DNA of 64,000 nt. Source: Octopus vulgaris (lineage: Eukaryota). A program made the position numbers and the translations under genes. Location: assembly GCA_951406725.2 (NCBI GenBank), contig OX597821.1, positions 1,674,001 to 1,738,000 of the forward strand, in the 5' to 3' direction. Below the pieces are notes generated by a model. The model searched no databases, had not been told where the DNA came from, and saw nothing but the letters and a program-made list of their open reading frames with translations. Below are positions 54,668 to 64,000 of this stretch, in pieces; within the stretch, counting starts at the first letter, position 1; each line of letters opens with the position of its first letter.

Positions 54668-56678
54668 TTGATAAATGTAAGCACCTGTATATGCCAGCTA
54701 GTAGCAGAGGTGGGCTCGAGCGATTCAGCTCAGGTAACTGACTTGGTCGGGGCCTACCTGCTTAAGAAGCTGTTCTCGGAAGTACCAGATCTTCAGGGGG
54801 GTCTATTTAGGGATGATGCACTTTTCATATACCCCACTAATAATAAGAGTAAACTAGAAAGAATTAGAAAAAAGATTAGGCTATTCTTTAAATCATTCAA
54901 TCTAAAACTAGAGTTTATGACTAATACGAATATAGTTGATTTTTTAGATGTTACATTAGACATAGACAAGGGCCTTCACTACCCCTATAGGAAACCGGAG
55001 GAAACCACTAGACATATTAACACATCTTCCAATCACCCACCCTGTATAGTTAACACCACAGTCCAAGCTATCTATGACAGATTAACTAAGTTATCGACTA
55101 ACAATAGTATATCCAGTGATTACGCGCATCACTATAACCAAGCCCCCTCTAGTGCTGGGTACCCTCAGAAAATCTCTTTCGGCAAAAAATCATATGATGA
55201 ACCGCCTAGAACATCCGTCACCTATAAAACTCCTTCATATAGACGAACTAAGGATTCCAAAACCATTCATTTAAAATTAAATGAAATTAGACTAAATAGT
55301 TGCAATAATAACACAGATTCAACTAATACAAATTCTAATTTAAATTCTAACAGTACTAGGAAACAAGCAGATAGAAATCGCACCAATAGAAATTTAGTTA
55401 AAGAAAACCCTACCGATGAGAGTAGCACAGATAATATTAGAAGACACAGGAGTAAGAACAGTAGATTACGTAACTATATATGGTATAATATACCATATAA
55501 TATAGCGGTTAAGGGTAAATTATGCAAAAAAATATTTTCAATAATTTCCAATAACTTCCCACCCACTCATAAATATAGGAGCATCTTTTCAAATAAAACT
55601 ATTAGGATATCCTAATAGTTTTACTTGAAAAGATGCTCCTATATACAATACAGGTGTTAACATTGGTAGTAGCCAAACTAATAACAATAGCGAAAGCATT
55701 ACTCCTATAACTTCGATACCCAACCGCCAAGCTGACAACTTAGAGATAAATAATAGTAGTTCCCTAAACAGTGAATTTAATGTTGATAATAACTATAGCC
55801 ACATTAATAATAGTTACAGGCAATATAATAACAATAATAATCTGGATAGGAATAGCAACATTGAAACAGCTAGTAACAGCACCCATCACAATAACGGAGA
55901 CAATACTATACCCAACAATTATATAACTAATGAAGATAATACTACTACTACTACTTTTAATGTGATAACTCAGTCCACATCGAATAATAATCGTGAATTT
56001 AATTATATCAGTTGTAATAGCAATATAACTAGCAATAATAGAAATGTAGAAGATAGATCCAATATCGGTACTAGAAGCAGAAGAAATATAGGCCAGAATA
56101 ACTTAAATAGCACCACTAGTGATAATAGCAGTAACAATGGCGAAAACGCTAGCGGAGCTTCTATCTACCATAATAGCAACCTCGACAGCAACCATACCGA
56201 AATTATCTGTCCACTGATTAAGAACAGACAGCCGGGAAATGGTAATCTCGGATGCAATTGTGTTGATGCAACAGCCTGTCCGTTACGTGGAAATTGCTTA
56301 GCTAAAAACGTAGTTTATTCCTGTTAAGTAAGTACCGAAATGAACACTCTTACATACATTGGGTGCTCATCCATCTGGAAATCCAGATTCTATAACCATC
56401 GGTCATACTTTAGGCTCAAACACAAGGCTAGTAGTACCTCTTTATCAAGAAAAATTTGGGAACTTAAGGACAATAATATCGAATTTAGCCTTAGGTGGTC
56501 CATTATCGGATCAGCAGCGCCTTATAAAAATAATAGAACAGGGTGCCAACTATGTTGCGTGGAACGCCTAAAAATCATTAAATTCAAAGATAAAAACAAA
56601 CTAATTAATAAAAGATCTGAATTCAAACCATCTTGTATGCATAAATTAAATAAAACCTTCAAATATTATAAGGCTTAA
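54668..56678 (+). mobile_element. 5'-truncated Penelope-like element (Naiad-like): RT C-half, Asn-rich linker, GIY-YIG endonuclease
   Basis: [45 protein letters not shown]; then CNC...CPLRGNCLAKNVVY, YIG, KSRFYNH, STSLS..IWELK, CQLCCVE, INKRSE...CMH. Contains in-frame stops. Confidence 0.9.
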
Positions 56679-57149
56679 ATTTCATAATCCTTAATTCTCC
56701 ACTGTAATACCATCATAGTCATTTACAATATTGTTATCTCCAGCATTTCTCCATTATTTTTTTCCATTTAATCTATGCTTCTGTACTTTGATGCTGAGTT
56801 TTTTCTTAATTTTTCTTATTTAATGTATCTCTCCCACCTTTCTTATTTTTCTTATGATTTTTCTCTCATTTTTCCTTTCCTATTTCTTGCCTATGTTTTC
56901 CTAATTTCCTTTTTCTTATTATCCTTTCTTTTCTTATCTTTTTCCTATCTTATCTGGGATTTTTCTAATTTTACTTTTACCTTTAATTTTTTTATTATTT
57001 TAACTTTTTTATTTTTATTTTTACTTTTTTACTTTTCTGTTTCCTTTTTCTTTTCTCTAATTTTACCGTTTACTTTACCTTTACACATTATTAACTTGCT
57101 AATTAATGAAAAATGTTACATCCCCAAATTCAAGATAGATATTTAGAAG

Positions 57150-58204
57150 ATGTGATGTTTTTTTTGCGTGTGTGCATGAATGAATCTTCGGGCGTATAGG
57201 TATGAAGATTTATACTTTTTGAGATTTACACGTATGCATGCGTGGACGTATACACTAGTGGAACTTTACACACACTCACACACATGTATATATGTATATG
57301 TATATAAGTGCGTGTGTGTGTCTATATATATGTGTGTACCTGTGTGTACGCATGTGTGTGCGAATGTGTGTGAATGCATATGTATATGTCTGTTTGTATG
57401 TATGTGTGTATGTATGTACCTATGTGTGCATATGTGCGTGTGTGTATATGTATGTGTGTGTGCATGTGTACGTATACGTATATGCGTGCATGTGTATATA
57501 CATTTACCTCTATGTATTTTTTGTTTGAGTATATGGGGGTACACATACGTGTATAGATATGTGCATGTGTATGTATATATAAGTGTATGCATATGTGGGT
57601 GTGTATATGTAGGTGTGTACACATATATATGTGTATACATATACATGTGTATATGCATGTGTAAGTATATATATATATGTATGTGTATGCATATGTATGT
57701 GTATGTGTATTTGTATGTATATGTGCACATTTGTATATATATAGTGTTTTATAAATATAGTTTTATATATTTAGTTTTTTATATATACACGTGTCAGCCT
57801 GTAGATTCGGGAATATATAGGCATGTGGATATGTACATATGTGTGCATGTATATATACGTATACTTGTATGTTTAGATACGTTGGGTATGTATAGGTGTA
57901 CATTTGTATATGTATGTGTATATATGTGGGGCTATATGTATATGTTTGTATATGTGTATATGTATATATGTGTAGGTATATGTATATGTACATACATGTA
58001 TATATATGTATATGTATGTGTATGCATACAAGTGGGTGTGCATGTATATGTATGTGAGTGTATATATGCATATATATATGTATATACATATATATATGTG
58101 TATGTATGTGTGTGTATACGTATGTATGTATGTATGCGCAGGTGTGTGTATGCGTGAACATGTGTGAACATGTACAGACACATACATGTATATATGTATA
58201 TATA
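57150..58204. repeat. Degenerate alternating purine-pyrimidine (TG/TA) low-complexity tract
   Basis: Direct reading; the 325-aa C/V/Y/M ORF is an artefact of it. Confidence 0.9.
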
Positions 58205-58458
58205 TACCTTCGAAACACGCATTGAGTCGAACCAGGGGCAGCTGATGAAGGGGAATATTCCTTGTGTTGTTTGTCTTGTACTCTGTTTTTTCGTTGTTAT
58301 AAAAAGTCCGTTTCCCTGTTTTCGTTTCTCGTTGTGTTCTACCTTTATTTGTGGCGTCCTGTACTCATATATATATATATATATGCTTGTATATATACAT
58401 ACAGATGTAAATATGTACATATATGTATGTATATATGCATATATTTTATTTATTTATT
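58205..58458 (+). mobile_element. Second copy of the 14455-14735 terminal repeat
   Basis: accttcgaaacacgcattgagtcgaaccaggggcagctgatgaaggggaatattccttg...; even the low-complexity tail aligns. Confidence 0.75.
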
Positions 58459-59065
58459 TTATTGTATATATATCTATGTGTGTGTGTATGTGTGTGTGTA
58501 TATGTGTGTGTATGTGTAGGTATATGTATGTGTATGTATATGCATATATATGTATATATGTTGATTGAGGTTGACATGGTGTGTGTAATGATACCTACAT
58601 CCGGACATATCACTTGCTGCATGAGACAGGTTTATATATGTGAGAGTGGGTAAGTATGTAGACACACACATGTACACACATACAAGATATGCTCAAAGCA
58701 TGTAACGTCGGACTGCTATAAACTGACCACTCGCCTCAACTATATCATATTTCACTCCTCTCCCCCCACCCACGATGATTAAAAGTAATTTACGCCGCTC
58801 ACCACAGCATCAGAACTTGAACCCATTATCTCTCTATCTTAATCTTTTTGTCTTTACAACCACTTTGTATACTTTTGTATCTTTTTATCTTTATTTGTTA
58901 CTGTAGCTTCTATACTTTACATTATCGAGCGATTACTGTTCCAATCTCATTCTGAGATTTAATTATGCTTACTGTCAGTTTTTCGAAATCAGTGGCAAAC
59001 GGCACTAGAAAAGCTCTTATATGTTTGCAAGGAAGCCTTCACTTTCGTCGCATCCTGGTGGTTAC

Positions 59066-59108
59066 CGCCCGTTGACAAGGGACAAAAATCCCGAAACTAG
59101 TCCGAGCG
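59066..59108 (+). ncRNA. Type I hammerhead motif with U3-A8 covariation
   Basis: Stem I cgcccg/cgagcg (one mismatch); core UUGACAA; stem II ggga/tccc; GAAA; palindromic stem III ACUAGU; GUC site after 59102. Confidence 0.78.
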
Positions 59109-60222
59109 TATCACTCAGGCTTGCGAGGAAGGGATGGCCTCCCTTTGCAAATACTTCATGGGCACTGGTATGGTGTCTAAAGCCAGCTAGAGACGACGAT
59201 CTCTTGGGGCTATAAAGCAACAGTAACACCCCCTCCCCTATGTGGTTAGCCATGTTAAGATGGATTCTATACTTTACATTATATATATATATATACATAA
59301 AATCTCGCTAAGATAAGTATATATTTATATTTAAGATCTTTAAATTTTAATATTTATAAGTCTTATGGTATAATATTATTGTTTTTTTTATGTATATATC
59401 GTTGTTTATCCAATTATCGTAATTATCGTAATATAATTATTAGATATTAACTTTAAGTTTATTCGTAAGAATTTACTTAGCGATAGATGTTGTTTGATAG
59501 CAAGTATATGAGTTTGTATAAGTTAGATTCATGTATATACATGTATTAATAGCATTAATTGTAGTTTTAAATTTCTTATAATTATTATTTTAACTTATAT
59601 ATTGTCTTTTTAAATTGTTATTTGCTAGTTACATTATTCCCATTGATAAATATATTTATAGTATTTATTTGTTACTATATAACTACGAATTGATTATTTC
59701 TTTAAGTACTTTAAAGATAAGATTTTTGAAAGTTATTATTTAGCCAAAGAGATAAAGATAGCTAATTTACTATAGCGTTCGTTTAAGATGGTTTGTTTGT
59801 ATTTGTGAAATTAGCTATTTCATCTTTAAATATGAAGAATTAATTTATTAAGTTTTTATTATATGTGCATATATTTATTTATAGAGATTATTTAGATCTT
59901 AATTATATATTTATATACATATATATATTTTCTTTGATAATTTATGTATTATTTAAATTTTATATTTTAATAATATGAATAATCATTTTTTTTTTGTAAA
60001 ATATTTATGTAATTAGATATTAACTATTACTGATATTAGATTATTGGTGGGTTTCTTACCTTAAAGATTAATACTTAAAAATTAAAATTAATATTTAACA
60101 TTATAATCGTTGTTTTGACATTATCATAATCGTTATGTTTCTAGTTTGATAATATAGTTTTTATAAGAAAATTTATTATATTATTTATTGTTTAAATATT
60201 TTTCATTATTTATTAAAATATT

Positions 60223-60326
60223 ACAATTAACCTGAAGATTGACTGTAACCATAACTCGAATTATTAATTGAATTTAAATTATAGTTATTCGAATTGGTTA
60301 CGGGCATGAAACGATCGTAGTGTTGT
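60223..60326 (+). ncRNA. Type I hammerhead motif with very long stem II, weak stem I
   Basis: CUGAAGA; tgactgtaacca/tggttacgggca and tcgaat/attcga; GAAA; palindrome ACGAUCGU; GUA site after 60319. Confidence 0.65.
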
Positions 60327-60487
60327 TACTCTTTATCTTATTAAACTTTTAATACTTTTTGATAGTTTATAATAAATAAATAAATAAATAAATAAATATA
60401 AAAATATAAAGACATAAAAAATATATAAAAAAAATAGAATAAAAAAAATATATAAACAAAAAAAATAATTAAATAAAATAATCATAA

Positions 60488-60532
<45 letters not shown>

Positions 60533-60554
60533 CATATATATGTATACATACATA

Positions 60555-60716
60555 CGGCGGGCTTCCTTCAATTTCCGTTTACCAAATTCCCTCACAAGGC
60601 TTTGGTCGGACTGAAACTATAGTAGAAGACACTGCCCAAAGTGCCACGCAGTGGGACTTAATCCGGAACCTTGTGGTCAGGGAGGACATTTCTTGTCGCA
60701 CAGCCAGTCCTGCGCC
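60555..60716 (-). mobile_element. SINE family A 5' half
   Basis: Reverse complement of the family A head. Confidence 0.75.
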
Positions 60717-60759
60717 TTAGACACAGACAGACAGACAGACACACACACACACACACACA

Positions 60760-61580
60760 TACACATGGGAAAGTCACAAATTATCCGCACTTTTGCCATA
60801 AGGTATATTTAATATTGTCAAACAGCCTTCTGCGCATGCTTGCTTATTGTTGGCACTATTGTGGTCACGTGATCAAAGTTTGACCCTGATCGCCCCACAT
60901 TTCTTTCTGGCTTTACATGGCCGCTTCACTAGCAATGTTCACCAAAGAACAAAGATCAGTAGTCTCTGGTCGGCAGGTGCGTCAGGTGCTGAAATTCTGA
61001 GGAGGTTTTTAGCCCAATACGAGGACAGTGCACGACCGCGTAGAAGGGTGTATAAGTGGATTGAGACGTTTGGGGACTCAAAAGGCGTATACTGGGAGAC
61101 TACCTGGAAAAGAGGTGTATGATCAACAATGCAAGATACAGTGCTTTCCTGACCAACAAACTGAAGCCAGCAATTCACACCAAACGCCGAAGCCTGTTGT
61201 CGAAGACAGTTTTTTATTGTAGCATGATAATGCACGCCCGCACACGGCTTCCCATTCCTTTTGACCATTAACCAATTGGGTTTTGAGGTATTCGAACACC
61301 CTGTCTACAGCACAGATATCGACCCTTCAGACTGTCGTATCTTTGGACCGCTCAAAGGTGGTTTACGAGGTCGTCGATTTCCTATGGATGAAGATGTGAA
61401 GGAGGCGGTGTATAAATGGTTGCACGTCCAACCAAAAACCTTCTTCTTGGAGGGAATACGCAGGCTTATGGAACGCTGGACTAAGTGTATCGAAAAGAAG
61501 GAAACAATATATAAAATTTATATACTTGTTTATCCCCTGCTTTTGTGTAAATACATTAATAAAACAAGAGTGCTTATAAC
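60760..61580 (+). mobile_element. Mariner element, internally deleted
   Basis: N-terminal GASGAEILRR..AQY...RRVYKWIETF; HDNARPH; LGFEVFEHPVYSTDIDPSD..IFGPLK...FFLEGIRRLMERWTKCIEK; imperfect TIRs aaattatccgcact / agtgcttataactt. Confidence 0.85.
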
Positions 61581-61584
61581 TTAT

Positions 61585-61643
<59 letters not shown>

Positions 61644-61694
61644 CATATATACATATATATACATATATACATATGTATATACACACACACACAC

Positions 61695-61743
<49 letters not shown>

Positions 61744-61779
61744 AAAAGGAGATGTGGAACACGAGTTGTGATATATAAA

Positions 61780-62099
61780 AAAAGGAAATGAAGAAAATGC
61801 TGAAAAAATAATTTAAGTAAGGGAGAGTGTATTTAATTAGGTGAAAGTTCTTTTTACCGGTTGTGCATTTGTTATGCTTAGCAAAAGATATTTTTTTAAG
61901 AGAGATAGAGTTCCTTACTTCTAGGTTTTTCTCTTATCAGATAAGAGAAAAAATCTATCAGAAAGGAACTCTATCTCACTTAAAAAAATATCTTTTGATA
62001 AGCATAACAAATGCACAACCGGTAAGAAGAACTTTCACCTAATTAAATACACTCTCCCTTACTTAAATTATTTTTTCAGCATTTTCTTCATTTCCTTTT
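61780..62099. repeat. Near-perfect 320-bp palindrome centred at about 61939
   Basis: Centre ttttctcttatc-a-gataagagaaaa; arms are complementary out to the flanking (TA)n. Confidence 0.92.
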
Positions 62100-62126
62100 C
62101 ATATATATATATATATATATATATAT

Positions 62127-62395
62127 GGAGGCGAGTGGCTCAGTGGTTATGGTGTCGAACTCGTGATTGTAAGTTTGTGGTTTCGATTCCTGGACCGGGC
62201 GATGTGTGTGTTTATGAGCGAAACACCTAAGCTCCACGCCGCTCCGGCAGAAGGTGATGACTAATTTCTGCTGACTTTTTCACCACAAGTTTCTCTCACT
62301 ATTTCCTCCTGCATCTTGCAGCTAACCTGCGACGGACCGGCGTCCGTCCAGGTGAGGAACCTATACGCCAAGGAAACCGGGAAACCGGCCCCTAT
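62127..62395 (+). mobile_element. SINE family C variant
   Basis: ggctcagtggttatggtgtcgaactc...gtttcgattcctggaccggg...gagcgaaacacctaagctccacg. Confidence 0.78.
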
Positions 62396-62415
62396 ATATA
62401 TATATATGTGTGTGT

Positions 62416-62498
<83 letters not shown>

Positions 62499-62507
62499 AT
62501 TTAAAAG

Positions 62508-62712
62508 CACACCAAGACCGTTAGATTCACTTCAACATTTAAATTTAATTTGTCAAAAATAATTTTGTCGCTTTGAAACCGCAACTAGTTCACTAGAAAA
62601 ATTTCAGGCTGCACTAAATTTTGTTAGTGAACAGGTCACGGTTTCCAAGCGACGAAAATATTTTCAGAAATTAAATTCAAATCTTCAAGTGAATCGAACG
62701 GATTTGTGTGTT
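62508..62712. repeat. Foldback made of two inverted copies of the 8213 G3-C8 hammerhead repeat
   Basis: Right arm gtgaacaggtcacggtttccaagcgacgaaaatatttt matches 8220-8257; the left arm is its reverse complement. Confidence 0.8.
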
Positions 62713-62945
62713 TGTATACGTCTTATAAACACCTTCCTATATACGTTTCCTTATGTGGAACGAGTGATAGAAGATTGCTCAATACATCTCATATGGAATA
62801 TAGCTTATTTTTTTTCACTGAAACTGACTGTTCGCGACTCGAATTTCAAACCATTGGAATCTTCGGTATTTCACCTGAAGTGGAACCTGAATGGGGAAAT
62901 AAACCCTTAATTTATTTTCAATAAAATGTCATAGGCGCGTGTACG

Positions 62946-62982
<37 letters not shown>

Positions 62983-63179
62983 ACATACACACACACGCAC
63001 ATACACAGACACTCACACACACACATCAACGCCGCACACGTCTATACACAAACACATAGCTAGAAGCACACACACACACGTCTATTTATCTATCTGTCTG
63101 TCTATCTACCTATATATATATATGTGTGTGTGTATCTACCTACATATCTATCTATCTATATGAACCCAGAAATTGAAAA

Positions 63180-63600
63180 CAGAGGGTTACCCACTTGCAA
63201 ACAAATGTGGTAACCGAGGTTACCGTGGTCCTTTTCGTAGGCTTTTCTTCGTAGGCTTTTCTTCCCACGGATAAACCTTATCTGCTTTCCCCTTTACACT
63301 GTACATCATGACACTGTGATACACGATCCCTATTGATGGTTTTTTTTTCTCTCCCCCTTTTTTCCTCTTTTTTCTTCCTTTTTTATTTTTCTTTTCCTTT
63401 TTTCCTTTTTTTCTTTTCCATTTTCCTTTTTTTCTTTTCTTTTTCCCCTTTTACAATCCCTTTTGATCGAAAACCTACGCCACTTTCTTTTGTTTCTTTT
63501 TTTTTGTTTTTTTTTTTGTTTTTTTCACCCCACAAAAGAAAAGCTCTACCTTGTAACTTGTCCCATCTGTGTGCAGCTATGTGTGGCCAATAAAGAAACT
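63180..63600 (+). mobile_element. Probable LINE (L1/Tx1-like) 3' UTR fragment
   Basis: T-rich body ending gtgtggccaataaagaaact directly before (TATC)n; no coding evidence. Confidence 0.35.
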
Positions 63601-63742
63601 TATCTATCTATCTATCTATCTATCTTTATCTATCTATCTTATATATATATATATATATATAGATAGATAGATATGTGACCTCGTGTGTACCGTTGGCGAT
63701 TTTGTATCCTCTGTCTTCCCTCCTCTGGATCTTTCCTTCTAT

Positions 63743-63777
63743 GTTTCCGACGAAGAGCTCCGCTCGAAACGTTAAAC
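63743..63777 (+). ncRNA. Minimal type I hammerhead motif (U4C variant)
   Basis: gttt CCGACGA A gagc-tcc-gctc GAAA CG UU aaac; stem I covaries with the 42000 copy (gttt/aaac vs cttt/aaag). Confidence 0.7.
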
Positions 63778-63916
63778 CCTCCTTCTTTCCTTCTTTCCTG
63801 AGCATCCAATAACACTATATTTGTTCCACGTCCTCGCGTTGTGTTTTTTGTGCTTTCTTGTTTGGATTAACTATATATATATATATATATATATCTGTAT
63901 CGTATGTATGCATATG

Positions 63917-64000
<84 letters not shown>

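Noticed and set aside
56240-56678. Selenocysteine recoding, as in some Naiads
   Set aside because: The conserved Cys positions use TGT/TGC, the interrupting stop at 56325-56327 is TAA rather than TGA, and no SECIS was recognised.
57180-58157. 325-aa Cys/Val/Tyr-rich ORF
   Set aside because: Translation of a degenerate TG/TA tract.

Overview
This is a repeat-saturated eukaryotic non-coding window. It is inferred to be cephalopod (Octopus-like) from the SINE families and the extreme microsatellite load. I see no recognisable host protein-coding exon, and nearly all listed ORFs are microsatellite artefacts. The real coding remnants are all transposon-derived: a near full-length but disrupted RTE LINE with three C-terminal C2H2 fingers (23931-27631, -), a 5'-truncated Naiad-like Penelope element (54668-56678, +), a Neptune-like GIY-YIG fragment, R4/Dong REL-endonuclease fragments, a CR1/L2 3' end, an ORF1-like remnant and Tc1/mariner fragments. 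The main hidden signal is RNA structure. About ten type I hammerhead-ribozyme (HHR) motifs from several unrelated repeat families are present, showing C3-G8, G3-C8 and U3-A8 core covariants; one lies in a 363-nt terminally redundant retrozyme-like unit. A further repeat family carries the three hammerhead strands in a non-cyclic (C-B-A) order, a candidate pseudoknotted/permuted hammerhead architecture. All folds were paired by eye and none has been tested for cleavage. Repeat boundaries are approximate.
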